Part shown: one piece after another, positions 30,112-39,905 of the stretch
How the letters are laid out: the number at the start of each line of letters is the position of its first letter
Numbering within the stretch: the stretch's first letter is position 1
DNA from: a candidate division WWE3 bacterium
GTDB taxonomy: Bacteria > Patescibacteriota > WWE3 > UBA101185 > UBA10185
Reading direction: 5' to 3'
Assembly: GCA_012798115.1 (NCBI GenBank)
Contig: JAAZNV010000006.1
Span: 91,971 to 155,970 of the forward strand
DNA length: 64,000 bases
Made by a program: the position numbers and the translations under genes
Notes under the pieces: model-generated
Seen by the model: the letters and a program-made list of their open reading frames with translations, nothing else
Database searches by the model: none
Told to the model about the DNA's origin: nothing

Positions 30112-31290
30112 ATGTCAGATTTCGTAAGAAATAAAGAACATGTAAATATAGGTACTATTGGCCATGTTGACCATGGTAAGACAACCTTAACATCAGCAAT
30201 TACTAAGGTACTTGCAGATAAAGGAATGGCTTCCTACAGGGCCTTTGATACCATTGACAATGCCCCTGAAGAAAAAGAAAGAGGCATCACAATTAATATT
30301 ACTCACGTTGAGTATGAAACAGAAAAGAGGCACTATGCTCATATTGATGCTCCAGGTCACAAAGACTACATTAAGAATATGATCACAGGAGCTGCGCAAA
30401 TGGATGGTGCTATACTTGTAGTTTCCGCTCCAGATGGACCAATGCCTCAAACAAGAGAACATATTCTTCTTGCAAAGCAAGTTAATGTTCCAGCTATAGT
30501 TGTTTTCTTAAACAAGGTAGATATGGTACAAGATAAAGAAATTTTGGATCTTGTTGAACTTGAAGTAAGAGAGCTTCTGACAAAGTACGGATTTCCTGGT
30601 GATAAAACACCAATTATAAGAGGATCTGCACTTAAGGCTTTGGAAGGTGATCCTGAGGCTGTTAAGGGTATTGAAGAACTTATGAAAGCAGTTGATGAGT
30701 ATATTCCAACTCCAGTTAGAGACCTTGATAAACCATTCTTAATGCCCATTGAAGATGTGTTTACTATTTCTGGAAGAGGAACTGTTGTAACTGGAAGAAT
30801 TGGAAGAGGAAAAGTAGCAATAAATGACGAAGTGGAAATAGTTGGAATAAGAGACACTAAGAAGACAGTTGTTACTGGTGTAGAAATGTTCAAGAAGTCA
30901 TTAAAAGAAGGTCAAGCAGGAGATAACGTTGGAATACTTTTAAGAGGTATTGAAAGGACAGATGTTGAAAGAGGACAAGTTCTTTCTAAACCAGGATCAG
31001 TTAAACCTCATTCTGAATTTGAAGCTGAAGTAATTGTATTATCAAAAGAAGAAGGTGGAAGACACAAACCATTCTTCTCAGGATATAGACCTCAATTCTA
31101 TATGGGAACTACTGATGTTACTGGTGAGGTTACATTGCCATCTGGTGTAGAAATGGTTATGCCAGGAGATAATGTTAAAATGTCTGTTAAGCTTATTACC
31201 CCAGTAGCTCTTGAAGAAGGAATGAGATTTGCTATTAGAGAAGGTGGTAGCACGGTTGGAGCAGGAGTTGTAAGTAAAATAGGTAATTAA
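30112..31290 (+). CDS. tuf: Elongation factor Tu
   Basis: [24 protein letters not shown]. Start placed at ATG 30112 after SD AAAGGAAGG. Confidence 0.98.
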   Translation: MSDFVRNKEHVNIGTIGHVDHGKTTLTSAITKVLADKGMASYRAFDTIDNAPEEKERGITINITHVEYETEKRHYAHIDAPGHKDYIKNMITGAAQMDGAILVVSAPDGPMPQTREHILLAKQVNVPAIVVFLNKVDMVQDKEILDLVELEVRELLTKYGFPGDKTPIIRGSALKALEGDPEAVKGIEELMKAVDEYIPTPVRDLDKPFLMPIEDVFTISGRGTVVTGRIGRGKVAINDEVEIVGIRDTKKTVVTGVEMFKKSLKEGQAGDNVGILLRGIERTDVERGQVLSKPGSVKPHSEFEAEVIVLSKEEGGRHKPFFSGYRPQFYMGTTDVTGEVTLPSGVEMVMPGDNVKMSVKLITPVALEEGMRFAIREGGSTVGAGVVSKIGN

Positions 31291-31307
31291 ATAAGAAAAG
31301 ATTTAGT

Positions 31308-31336
31308 GAAACCCCCTCAAAGAGGGGGTTTCTTAT
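31308..31336 (+). terminator. Terminator-like hairpin after tuf
   Basis: Perfect 11-bp stem GAAACCCCCTC-AAA-GAGGGGGTTTC followed by TTAT. Confidence 0.7.
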
Positions 31337-31341
31337 CTAAA

Positions 31342-31668
31342 ATGGCAAGAACAAAGACACAAAAAGAAACTAAGATAAGAATAAAGTTAAAGTCTTATGA
31401 CAGTAGGATTATTGACTTAAGTTGTTCAAAAATTGTTGATACTGCAATAAGAACAGGGGCTCAAATTGTTGGTCCAGTGCCGTTACCAACGAAAATAGAA
31501 AGATTTACTGTTATTAGGGGACCGCATGTTGATAAAAGATCAAGAGAACAATTTGAGTTGAGAACTCACAAGAGGGTGATTGATGTGTTAAATCCGACAT
31601 CATCAACAATTGAAACTTTATCAAAGCTTAGTTTACCGGCAGGAGTTGGCATTTCGATTAAGATGTAG
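31342..31668 (+). CDS. rpsJ: 30S ribosomal protein S10
   Basis: [34 protein letters not shown]. Start at ATG 31342 downstream of the hairpin. Confidence 0.97.
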   Translation: MARTKTQKETKIRIKLKSYDSRIIDLSCSKIVDTAIRTGAQIVGPVPLPTKIERFTVIRGPHVDKRSREQFELRTHKRVIDVLNPTSSTIETLSKLSLPAGVGISIKM

Positions 31669-31769
31669 TAACATATTCAAGCTTTTTGGATTGTGAGTGT
31701 ATTAGTAACAACTAATGATAAATAAAAGAACATAAAATAATAAGTTAGTAATGCAGGGGTAGTTTAAGG

Positions 31770-31797
31770 CAGGCGCCCTTAAGGCGCTGATTTTTTT
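31770..31797 (+). terminator. Terminator/attenuator-like hairpin directly before rplC
   Basis: GCGCC-CTTAA-GGCGC stem (extendable by CA/TG) followed by A and T7. Confidence 0.55.
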
Positions 31798-31803
31798 ATA
31801 AAA

Positions 31804-32238
31804 ATGGAAAAAATAACTGGAAAAAAATTAAACATGACTCAAGTTTTTACTGATGATGGGAGAGTTGTTCCTGTAACTATTGTTGTTTGTGACGAAGAAG
31901 TACCACCTGAGATTGAAGATAAAGATGTTGTTGTTGTTGGAAAATCGAAAGGAAAGGGGTTTACAGGTGTTATGAAGAAATGGGGATTTCATGGTGGTCC
32001 TGCAACTAGAGGGCAAGGAATTAAAATGAGAACGCCTGGGTCAATTGGATCTCAAACCCCAGGAAGGGTTTTAAAAGGAAAGAAAATGGCAGGGAGAGCT
32101 GGTAATGCAAGAATAACGATTAAGGGTTTAAAAATAGTAAAGGTAGCATCCGACTTAAAACAAATAATGATTTCAGGACCAGTGCCTGGAGCTAGAAATT
32201 CAAAGATTGAAGTAAAGATTTTAGGAGATAACAAATGA
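31804..32238 (+). CDS. rplC: 50S ribosomal protein L3, internally shortened (144 aa)
   Basis: GKKLNMTQVF..DG.VVPVT, SKGKGFTGVMKKWGF, PGSIG, PGRVLKGKKMAG, GPVPG; lies between rpsJ and rplD. Confidence 0.93.
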   Translation: MEKITGKKLNMTQVFTDDGRVVPVTIVVCDEEVPPEIEDKDVVVVGKSKGKGFTGVMKKWGFHGGPATRGQGIKMRTPGSIGSQTPGRVLKGKKMAGRAGNARITIKGLKIVKVASDLKQIMISGPVPGARNSKIEVKILGDNK

Positions 32239-32867
32239 AGGTAAATGTTATTAACTTAAAAGGTGAAAAGATAGAAGAAGTAGAACTTAACAATAATATC
32301 TTTGGAATTAAACCTAATGAAGAAGTTTTGAAGCAGTATATTAGAGTTTATATGTCTAACCAAAGACAAGGAACTTCTTCTGTAAAGAATAGGTCAGAGG
32401 TTTCTGGGGGTGGAAAAAAGCCTTGGGCTCAAAAACATACTGGAAGAGCAAGACAAGGTTCAATTAGAAGTCCAATTTGGGTTCATGGGGGTGTTGCCCA
32501 TGGTCCAAAACCCAAGGATTGGAGATTGTGTATTAGCAAGAATGTTAAAGAATTAGCTTTTAAGTCAATTCTTTCTCAAAGGATGAGTGAAAAGAAAATT
32601 ATGGTATTAGATAAAGTTAAGTTTGATAAACCAAGTACAAAGAAATTTGCAGAAGCATTTAAAAAATTAAAAGTTAGTGGAAGTTCTATCCTTGTTTGGC
32701 TGAAGAAAGATGAGGATTTTCTTAAGAGTGTTAGAAATATCAAAGAAATTACTTTAGTAAATGCTTCAACCTTAGGAGCGTTTGATGTTATAAAGGCAAA
32801 GAATGTTCTTTTTATGAAAGATGCAGTTTTAAGTATTGAAGAAAGGTATAAACATGAGGCTAAGTAA
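32235..32867 (+). CDS. rplD: 50S ribosomal protein L4
   Basis: RQGTSSVKNRSEVSGGGKKPWAQKHTGRARQGSIRSP..VHGGVAHGP. Confidence 0.97.
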   Translation: MKVNVINLKGEKIEEVELNNNIFGIKPNEEVLKQYIRVYMSNQRQGTSSVKNRSEVSGGGKKPWAQKHTGRARQGSIRSPIWVHGGVAHGPKPKDWRLCISKNVKELAFKSILSQRMSEKKIMVLDKVKFDKPSTKKFAEAFKKLKVSGSSILVWLKKDEDFLKSVRNIKEITLVNASTLGAFDVIKAKNVLFMKDAVLSIEERYKHEAK

Positions 32868-33144
32868 CTTAGTTTTAAAGCCAATAATTACAGAAAAATC
32901 ATACACTTTAGCAAGTGAAGGCAGATATGTATTTAAGGTGAATATGTCTGCGACTAAAAGATCTGTAGCTAAAGAAATAAAAAGGCTTTATGGAGTTGAC
33001 GTTATTGAAGTTAGTACTGCAGTTATGCCTGGTAAATCCAAGAGGATAGCTAGATCCAGGTTAATGAGCAAACCTTTAAAGTGGAAAAAGGCAACTGTTA
33101 AATTAAAAGAAGGACAAAGCATAGATTTGTTTCCTAAAGAATAA
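32854..33144 (+). CDS. rplW: 50S ribosomal protein L23
   Basis: PIITEKS, YVFKV, WKKATVKL. Start at ATG 32854. Confidence 0.95.
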   Translation: MRLSNLVLKPIITEKSYTLASEGRYVFKVNMSATKRSVAKEIKRLYGVDVIEVSTAVMPGKSKRIARSRLMSKPLKWKKATVKLKEGQSIDLFPKE

Positions 33145-33146
33145 AT

Positions 33147-33977
33147 ATGATTAAAACATATAGACCTACAAGTGAAGGGTTAAGGACAAGGAAAACATTA
33201 GTGAAGAATGTTAACGATGTTAGACCTTATAAACCTTTGTCAAAAGGTGTTGTAGGACCTGTTGGTAGAAGTAGGGGAAAAGTTTCAAGTAGACATATGG
33301 AAAGGGGAGCTAGAAAACTTTATAGAACAGTTGATTTTAAGAGGGATAAGTTTGGAATTCCAGCAAAAGTCTTAACAATAGAAAATGATCCAAATAGAGG
33401 TCCAAATATTGCTCTTTTAGCCTATAAAGATGGGGAAAAAAGATACATTTTGGCACCAGAAGGACTAAAGGTTGGAATGGAAGTTATGTCAGGGAAGGAT
33501 GCAGAAGTGTCTGTTGGAAATTGTCTTCCAATGTCTAATATTCCGCTTGGAGTTTCAATTCATAATGTTGAAGTAAATCCAAAAGCTGGTGGAATTCTTG
33601 TGAGGGGGGCTGGCAATCAAGCTTTAATTATTGCAAAAGAAGGAGACTGTGTTAATGTAAAACTTCCTAGTGGAGAAGTTAAGAAGGTAAGAGGGATATG
33701 TTATGCCACAATTGGAGTTTTAGGAAATGTTGATAAAAGAAACGCTAGACTTGGAAAAGCAGGGAGAAAGAGACATCTTGGAATAAGACCACATGTAAGA
33801 GGTGTTGCTATGGGAGATCCACACAGAGACCACCCACATGCAGGAAAATACAGAACATCTGGTATTGGTATGGCTTCTCCAAAATCTCCATGGGGTTGGA
33901 TTACAAGAGGTGTTAAGACTAGAAGAAGAGTTAGAACTAACTATACTATTGTAAGTAGTAGAAAGGTTAAAAAATAA
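33147..33977 (+). CDS. rplB: 50S ribosomal protein L2
   Basis: YRTVDFKR, DPNR, GEKRYILAP, GKAGR, RGVAM, DHPH, PWG. Confidence 0.97.
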   Translation: MIKTYRPTSEGLRTRKTLVKNVNDVRPYKPLSKGVVGPVGRSRGKVSSRHMERGARKLYRTVDFKRDKFGIPAKVLTIENDPNRGPNIALLAYKDGEKRYILAPEGLKVGMEVMSGKDAEVSVGNCLPMSNIPLGVSIHNVEVNPKAGGILVRGAGNQALIIAKEGDCVNVKLPSGEVKKVRGICYATIGVLGNVDKRNARLGKAGRKRHLGIRPHVRGVAMGDPHRDHPHAGKYRTSGIGMASPKSPWGWITRGVKTRRRVRTNYTIVSSRKVKK

Positions 33978-33992
33978 TTAAAAAGGAAAGAT

Positions 33993-34289
33993 ATGTCTAG
34001 ATCACTTAAAAAAGGAATATATACAGAAGAAAAATTAATATTAAAAGTAAAAAAAGCCTTAAATGGTGACAAGAAGCCTATTAAGACATGGTCAAGAAGA
34101 TCTACTATTATTCCTGAAATGGTTGGTTTGACCTTTGAAGTTTATAACGGGAGAAAGCATCTCCCTGTTTTTGTTACAGAATCTATGGTTGGTCATAAGC
34201 TTGGAGAATTTGCTCCTACAAGAACGTTTAGAGTACATTCTTCAAAGAAGGATTCAGTAGCAGCATCAAGTGTAACTGCTAATAAATAA
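33993..34289 (+). CDS. rpsS: 30S ribosomal protein S19
   Basis: [30 protein letters not shown]. Confidence 0.98.
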   Translation: MSRSLKKGIYTEEKLILKVKKALNGDKKPIKTWSRRSTIIPEMVGLTFEVYNGRKHLPVFVTESMVGHKLGEFAPTRTFRVHSSKKDSVAASSVTANK

Positions 34290-34291
34290 TT

Positions 34292-34642
34292 ATGAGTGAA
34301 ACAAAAATAACAGCAAAATATATGGGAGCAATGGTATCACCTAAGAAGGCAGCTACTGTTTTGGATTTGGTAAGAGGAAGAAGTTTAGAAGAAGCAAAAG
34401 TTATTCTAGCTTTTGATACAAGTAAAGCTGCAAAAATGATATTAAAAGTTGTAAAATCTGCAGAAGCTAATGCAGTAAATAATAATAAAATGGATAAATC
34501 AAAATTAAAGATTAGTGAAATATGGGTTAGCGGAGGACAGAATCTCAAGAGAATGCAGCCTGGAGCTAAAGGGCATGCAGATCCTAGATTGAGAAGGACA
34601 AGTCATATTTATGTAAGTTTGGTTGAAGGAGGCAAAAAGTAA
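34292..34642 (+). CDS. rplV: 50S ribosomal protein L22
   Basis: SP.K, KSAEANA.NN, RTSHI; operon position. Confidence 0.94.
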   Translation: MSETKITAKYMGAMVSPKKAATVLDLVRGRSLEEAKVILAFDTSKAAKMILKVVKSAEANAVNNNKMDKSKLKISEIWVSGGQNLKRMQPGAKGHADPRLRRTSHIYVSLVEGGKK

Positions 34643-35274
34643 TGGGCCATAAAATAAATGCTATTGGGTATAGATTAGGAATATCAAAAAACTGGGTTTC
34701 TAGATGGTCTGCGTCTAAGAAAGATTATGCTGATCTTGTTCTTGAAGATAGAAAGATTAGAGAACTCTTAAAAGATAAGTTAAGTCTTGCAGGCTTGAAA
34801 AGTGTTGAAATAGAAAGAACTGAGAATGAGATAAATGTGCTGATAAAAGTGTCAAAGCCAGGAGTTGTTATTGGAAAAGGAGGAACTGGAGTTGAAGAAA
34901 TTGAAAAAGAAATTAAGAAAATAACAAGAGGAAAGGTAAAGATAACAGCAGAAGGAGTAAAAGCTCCAGAAGTAGAAGCTCAACTTGTTGCTGACTACAT
35001 TGCAAGACAGCTAAAGAGAAGAGTTCCATACAGGAGAGTGGTTACTTTTGCAATTCGTTCTGCAATGGATAAAGGTGCAAAAGGTATAAAAATAAAATTA
35101 TCAGGAGTATTAAGTGGTAGCAATACTATTTCAAGAAGTGAGGTTTATAAAGAAGGATCAGTTCCTCTTCAAACTTTAAGAGCAGATATTGATTATGCTC
35201 AATATCATTGTCAAATGTTATTTGGGACAATTGGAATAAAAGTGTGGATTTATAAAGGAGAACTTGAAATTTAA
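34642..35274 (+). CDS. rpsC: 30S ribosomal protein S3
   Basis: MGHKINAIGYRLG, KPGVVIGKGG, VPLQTLRADIDY, GIKVWIYKG. Confidence 0.97.
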   Translation: MGHKINAIGYRLGISKNWVSRWSASKKDYADLVLEDRKIRELLKDKLSLAGLKSVEIERTENEINVLIKVSKPGVVIGKGGTGVEEIEKEIKKITRGKVKITAEGVKAPEVEAQLVADYIARQLKRRVPYRRVVTFAIRSAMDKGAKGIKIKLSGVLSGSNTISRSEVYKEGSVPLQTLRADIDYAQYHCQMLFGTIGIKVWIYKGELEI

Positions 35275-35285
35275 GAGGTGTTTAT

Positions 35286-35696
35286 ATGTTGTTAATGCCA
35301 AGGAAAGTAAAATTTAGAAGGCAACAAAGAGGAACAAACAGAGGTTTAGCCGTTAGAGGTTCTGTTATTGCTTATGGAGATTATGCATTAAAGGTTGTTG
35401 ATAGAGGGTTGTTATCTTCAAGACAACTTGAGGCTGCAAGGAAATCTGTAATGCATGAAACAAAAAGAGGTGGAAAGCTTTGGATTAGAGTTTTCCCGGA
35501 CAAACCTATTGCTAAGAAAGCAAATGAAACAAGAATGGGTAGCGGAAAATCTCCAACGGATCATTATGCAGCACTTGTTAAACCAGGAAAGATAGTATTT
35601 GAAATAGCAGGAGTTTCTGAAGAAACAGCAAAAAAAGCTTTTCATAAAGCAGCTGCTAAGTTTCCTATAAGAACAAAGTTTATATCAAAAGAATAA
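35286..35696 (+). CDS. rplP: 50S ribosomal protein L16
   Basis: QLEAAR, WIRVFPDKP, RMGSGK, KPGKIVFEI. Confidence 0.97.
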   Translation: MLLMPRKVKFRRQQRGTNRGLAVRGSVIAYGDYALKVVDRGLLSSRQLEAARKSVMHETKRGGKLWIRVFPDKPIAKKANETRMGSGKSPTDHYAALVKPGKIVFEIAGVSEETAKKAFHKAAAKFPIRTKFISKE

Positions 35697-35709
35697 AAAG
35701 GAAATTAAG

Positions 35710-35922
35710 ATGATAAAGTTAGAAGAATTTAGAAAAAAAACAAAAGAAGAATTAAAAAAAGAACTGCTTAATCTTGAAAAAGAAGTTCAAAAAGTAGTTT
35801 CTAATGTTTTGCAAAAAAAAGAAAAGAATGTTAAAAAGGTTAGTTACCTTAGAAAAGATGTTGCTAGAGTTAAAACTCTACTGAATGAAAAGTTAAAAGA
35901 AGAAGGAGCTTCTAAAGAATAA
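35710..35922 (+). CDS. rpmC: 50S ribosomal protein L29
   Basis: Helical 70-aa protein with RKDVARVKTLLNEK, between rplP and rpsQ. Confidence 0.9.
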   Translation: MIKLEEFRKKTKEELKKELLNLEKEVQKVVSNVLQKKEKNVKKVSYLRKDVARVKTLLNEKLKEEGASKE

Positions 35923-35924
35923 AT

Positions 35925-36185
35925 ATGAGTGCTAAAGTTTTTAAAGGAAAAGTTGTGTCGGATAAAATGCAAAATACTGTAGTTGTTGCAGTAGAAATGC
36001 CAAAGAGGCATGATATTTACGATAAGATTCTTAAGAATACAGTTAGGTTAAAAGCTAGGAATGAGCAGGGTGTTGTTAAAGGAGATGAAGTTATTATTGA
36101 GGAATGTAGACCTTTTTCTAAGGAAGTTTCTTTTAAAGTAATTAGTAAAATAGAAAAAGTTTTAGAAGGAAAGAAAGGAAAGTAA
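35925..36185 (+). CDS. rpsQ: 30S ribosomal protein S17
   Basis: G.VVSDKMQNTVVV, GDEV.IEECRP.SK. Confidence 0.95.
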   Translation: MSAKVFKGKVVSDKMQNTVVVAVEMPKRHDIYDKILKNTVRLKARNEQGVVKGDEVIIEECRPFSKEVSFKVISKIEKVLEGKKGK

Positions 36186-36186
36186 G

Positions 36187-36552
36187 ATGTTGCCTATTGG
36201 TTCCTACTTAAAACCAGCTGATAACTCAGGAGCAGTAGCTTTAAAGATCATGGGTATACCAGGATCAAATAAGAGATCTGCAAAGATTGGAGATTTGGTT
36301 ACTGTTGTTATTAAGGGAGCTTCATCAACAGGGATGGTAAAAGATCACACAGTTGCTAAGGCTATAATTGTCAGGGTTAAAAAAGAAATCAGAAGAAAAG
36401 ATGGTAGTTATATCAGGTTTGATGATAATGCAGCTGTTGTTGTTGATAAGGATAAGAACTTAGTTGGAACAAGAGTGTTTGGTCCTATTGCTAGAGAAAT
36501 TAGAGATAAAGGATACTTGAAGATTGTTTCTTTAGCTAAGGAGGTTTTATAA
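36187..36552 (+). CDS. rplN: 50S ribosomal protein L14
   Basis: ADNSGA, DGSYIRFDDNAAV, GTRVFGPIARE. Confidence 0.97.
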   Translation: MLPIGSYLKPADNSGAVALKIMGIPGSNKRSAKIGDLVTVVIKGASSTGMVKDHTVAKAIIVRVKKEIRRKDGSYIRFDDNAAVVVDKDKNLVGTRVFGPIAREIRDKGYLKIVSLAKEVL

Positions 36553-36555
36553 GTT

Positions 36556-36873
36556 ATGAAGATAAGAAAAGGTGATAAGGTAAAAGTCATATCAGGAAAG
36601 GACAAGGGAAAGATCTCATCTGTACTGAGGGTGTTGCCTGATAGGAATCAATTAGTTGTTGAGGGTGTCGGAGTTGTTAAAAGACATGTTAAGCCAGGGA
36701 CTATATCAAAAGAAGGAGGAATTGTTAATGTTGAGAAGGCAATAAATGCTTCTAATGTTATGTATTATGACGACAAAGGTAAAAAGACTTTAAGAATTGG
36801 TTATAAAGTAATTGATGGAAAAAAATACAGAATAAACAAGAAGACTGGAGATGTCTTAGATAAAAAACTATGA
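36556..36873 (+). CDS. rplX: 50S ribosomal protein L24
   Basis: KOW motif KGDKVKVISGKDKGK, VVEGV, SNVM. Confidence 0.96.
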   Translation: MKIRKGDKVKVISGKDKGKISSVLRVLPDRNQLVVEGVGVVKRHVKPGTISKEGGIVNVEKAINASNVMYYDDKGKKTLRIGYKVIDGKKYRINKKTGDVLDKKL

Positions 36874-37424
36874 ATAGATTAAAAGAACAATACAATAAAA
36901 TAATTGTTCCAAAGATAAAAGAAGAGTTTAAGCTTGGAAATGTTATGGAAGTTCCGAAGATAGTTAAGATAAATATTAACTCTGGCATTGGACCATTTAG
37001 AGAGAATAAAGAAGCCGTTGATTCTTTTGCTGAAGAACTATCTAACATTGCTGGGCAAAAAGTATACCCAAGGTCTGCAAAGAAATCAGAAGCTGGGTTT
37101 AAGATAAAGCAAGGAGATGTGGTAGGGTTTGCAGTTACTTTAAGAGGAGAAAGAATGTGGGCTTTTTTTGATAAACTTGTTAACATTGCATTTCCGAGAA
37201 TTAGGGATTTTAGAGGATTTAGTACAGTATCTTTTGACCATGATGGAAACTATTCCATTGGCATAAGAGAGCATGTTATATTTCCTGAAGTAAATCCAAA
37301 CACTACCAAGGGAATTAGAAGCTTACAAGTTACTATTGTTTTTAATTCCAAGGAAGTTGAAAAGAATAAGTTTTTATTGAAAGAGTTTGGTTTTCCGTTC
37401 GCGGAAGAAAAGAAAGATCAATAA
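36870..37424 (+). CDS. rplE: 50S ribosomal protein L5
   Basis: [27 protein letters not shown]...IFPE. Confidence 0.97.
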   Translation: MNRLKEQYNKIIVPKIKEEFKLGNVMEVPKIVKININSGIGPFRENKEAVDSFAEELSNIAGQKVYPRSAKKSEAGFKIKQGDVVGFAVTLRGERMWAFFDKLVNIAFPRIRDFRGFSTVSFDHDGNYSIGIREHVIFPEVNPNTTKGIRSLQVTIVFNSKEVEKNKFLLKEFGFPFAEEKKDQ

Positions 37425-37426
37425 CT

Positions 37427-37612
37427 ATGGCTAAAGAAGCATTAATTGCTAAACATAAAAGAAAACAAAAATTTAGTGTTAGAGAATATACTAGGTGTTC
37501 TATATGTGGAAATCCAAGAGGTTACATGAGAAGGTTTAAGATTTGTAGAAAGTGTTTTAGGGAAATGGCTCACAAGGGAGAGCTTCCCGGAGTCAGAAAG
37601 GCTAGTTGGTAA
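37427..37612 (+). CDS. rpsN: 30S ribosomal protein S14, type Z (Zn-binding, 61 aa)
   Basis: [25 protein letters not shown]. Confidence 0.97.
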   Translation: MAKEALIAKHKRKQKFSVREYTRCSICGNPRGYMRRFKICRKCFREMAHKGELPGVRKASW

Positions 37613-37613
37613 T

Positions 37614-38012
37614 ATGAGTGTAGATAGAATATCAAATATGTTAAGTACTATTAAAAATTGCTCTATGTCTGGCAGAGATTTTGTGGAAGTTTCTTATTCA
37701 AAAGAATGTGAAGCCATTGCAAAAGTTTTAGAAGAAAAAGGATTTTTGGAAGGAGTAAAAGTTTTTAAGAAGGAAAAAAGCTCCGCTAAGATGATTCATA
37801 TTGGTCTTGTTAAAGAAAATGGTAGAGCAAAACTGACTGAAGTTAGAAGGATATCCAAACCAGGAAGAAGGATATATAAAGGTGCAAAGGAACTAAAGAG
37901 TGTTCTACAAGGGTTTGGTGTTCTTGTTGTTTCCACATCAAGAGGGATAATGTCAGGAACTGAAGCAAGAAAGAAAAAACTTGGTGGGGAAGTTTTGTGC
38001 GAGGTTTATTAA
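37614..38012 (+). CDS. rpsH: 30S ribosomal protein S8
   Basis: RISKPGRRIY, STSRGIM, GGEVLC. Confidence 0.96.
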   Translation: MSVDRISNMLSTIKNCSMSGRDFVEVSYSKECEAIAKVLEEKGFLEGVKVFKKEKSSAKMIHIGLVKENGRAKLTEVRRISKPGRRIYKGAKELKSVLQGFGVLVVSTSRGIMSGTEARKKKLGGEVLCEVY

Positions 38013-38013
38013 A

Positions 38014-38574
38014 ATGAGCAGAATCGGAAGGAAACCAATTGAGATAACACAAGGAGTTACCGTTGAAGTAAACGGAGGTGAAGTTGTTGTTAGAGGCCCA
38101 AAAGGAGTATTAACATGTGGTTTTGAGAAGGAAATTGGAGTAAAGGTGAAGGAAGGTGTTGTGAGAGTTGAAGTACTCCACGAATCAAAAAGATCCAATG
38201 CTTTGTGGGGTTTAACAAGGGCTTTGGTTGCTAATATGATAAAAGGAGTAACAGAAGGATTTGAAAAAAAGTTAGAATTAGTTGGAGTAGGTTATAGAGC
38301 CAAGTCAGTCTCTCCAAGTGAAGTGGTTTTAACGGTAGGTTTTTCTCATCCTGTTGAGTTTAAAGCTCCAGAAGGAATAGTAATAAATGTTGTTGATAAC
38401 ACCCACCTTACTGTGTCTGGTGCTGACAAGCAACTTGTGGGGTTAGTAGCAGCTAAGATTAGGAAAATTAAAAAACCAGAACCATACAAAGGAAAAGGGA
38501 TTAGATATGAAGGGGAAAGAGTAAGAAGAAAAGCTGGTAAGGCAGGAAAAGTTGGATCTGGAGGAGCAGCTTAA
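38014..38574 (+). CDS. rplF: 50S ribosomal protein L6
   Basis: MSRIGRKPI, GVGYRA, GFSHPV, PEPYKGKGIRY. Start at ATG 38014. Confidence 0.97.
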   Translation: MSRIGRKPIEITQGVTVEVNGGEVVVRGPKGVLTCGFEKEIGVKVKEGVVRVEVLHESKRSNALWGLTRALVANMIKGVTEGFEKKLELVGVGYRAKSVSPSEVVLTVGFSHPVEFKAPEGIVINVVDNTHLTVSGADKQLVGLVAAKIRKIKKPEPYKGKGIRYEGERVRRKAGKAGKVGSGGAA

Positions 38575-38575
38575 T

Positions 38576-38935
38576 ATGTACCATGTTAGGTTAAGAAAAA
38601 ACAATAGAATACAAAGGAAGATGAGAGTTAGAAGAAGAATACTTGGTAAATCAAACGAACTAAGATTAACAGTATTTAGATCTAATAAGTATATTTATGC
38701 TCAAATTGTTGATGATACTAAAGGAGCAACCTTAGTAGAAGCTTCTTCTAAAAGCATGAAGAACTTAAAGGGGAAAACAAAATGTGAAGAAGCATTTGAA
38801 GTGGGTAAAGAAATTGCTAAAAAAGCTTTGAGCAAAGATATTAAAACGGTTGTTTTTGATAGGAATGGATTTAGATATCATGGAAGAATAAAGTCAGTTG
38901 CAGATGGAGCTAGAGAAGGAGGTTTAAGATTATGA
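38576..38935 (+). CDS. rplR: 50S ribosomal protein L18
   Basis: RLTVFRSNKYIYAQIVDD, VVFDRNGFRYHGRI, AREGGL. Start at ATG 38576. Confidence 0.97.
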   Translation: MYHVRLRKNNRIQRKMRVRRRILGKSNELRLTVFRSNKYIYAQIVDDTKGATLVEASSKSMKNLKGKTKCEEAFEVGKEIAKKALSKDIKTVVFDRNGFRYHGRIKSVADGAREGGLRL

Positions 38936-39459
38936 TGGAAAGAAGAAAAGAAGGAAATATTAATAAGATGGAAAACAAAAAAGGTAGAAGCATTAGGGAT
39001 TCTAGAATGAACCAAAACTTTATGCCCAAAGTAAGTGAATATGAAGAGAAAGTCCTTGAGATAAAAAGAGTAGCTAAGAAGATAAAAGGTGGAAATACAA
39101 TTGGATTTACAGTCTTGGTTGTTGTAGGAAATAGAAATGGAAAAGTTGGTTATGGTTATGACAAGGCAAGAAATGTTTCTGATGCTATTCAGAAGGCTGT
39201 GGCTGCAGCAAAAAAGAACATTGTTGAAATAAAGTTAAAAGGAAAAACTATTTCACATGAAACGTTTGCCAAGTATGGATCAGCAAGAGTTGTGTTAAGA
39301 CCAGCTCCTGAAGGAACGGGTATTATTGCAGGTGGGTCTGTGAGAATAGTTGTAGGATTAGCAGGTATAAAGGATATTTCTTCTAAAGTCTTAGGTTCAA
39401 AGAATAAGCTTTCTAATGTTAGGTGCACTATTAAAGCACTTCAAAAGTTAAAGGAATAA
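38932..39459 (+). CDS. rpsE: 30S ribosomal protein S5
   Basis: RVAKKIKGG, VVVGNRNGKVG, PAPEGTGIIAGG. Confidence 0.96.
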   Translation: MMERRKEGNINKMENKKGRSIRDSRMNQNFMPKVSEYEEKVLEIKRVAKKIKGGNTIGFTVLVVVGNRNGKVGYGYDKARNVSDAIQKAVAAAKKNIVEIKLKGKTISHETFAKYGSARVVLRPAPEGTGIIAGGSVRIVVGLAGIKDISSKVLGSKNKLSNVRCTIKALQKLKE

Positions 39460-39461
39460 TT

Positions 39462-39905
39462 ATGGAGCTATCTAAATTGACCAAATATAAAACAGAAAAA
39501 AAGTCCAAGAGAGTAGGTAGAGGTAGAGGTAGTGGCAAAGGTGGCCATACTGTAGGAAAAGGAACGAAAGGTCAAAAAGCAAGAAGAGGAACTAAATTTG
39601 GGCTTGGCTTTGAAGGAGGCCAATCACCTTTATACAAAAGACTCCCTCAAATTGGTGGTTTCAGAAGACATCTCTCAAAAGAGATACAAGTTGTAAATTT
39701 AAATACTTTTAACTCTTTTAAAGATGGTGAAGTCGTAACCCCAGAAGTACTTCTTGAGAAAAAAATAATCAAGAATGTTTCTTCAGATGGTGTTAAAATA
39801 CTCTCAGGTGGGGATCTAAAAAAGAAACTTACCTTAAAGAACTTTTTGTTCTCTAAAGAAGCTAAAGAAAAAATTGAGAAATCTGGTTCTAAAATAAATG
39901 TTTAG
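39462..39905 (+). CDS. rplO: 50S ribosomal protein L15
   Basis: RVGRG.GSGKG, GTKGQKAR, FEGGQ.PLYKRLP. Confidence 0.97.
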   Translation: MELSKLTKYKTEKKSKRVGRGRGSGKGGHTVGKGTKGQKARRGTKFGLGFEGGQSPLYKRLPQIGGFRRHLSKEIQVVNLNTFNSFKDGEVVTPEVLLEKKIIKNVSSDGVKILSGGDLKKKLTLKNFLFSKEAKEKIEKSGSKINV

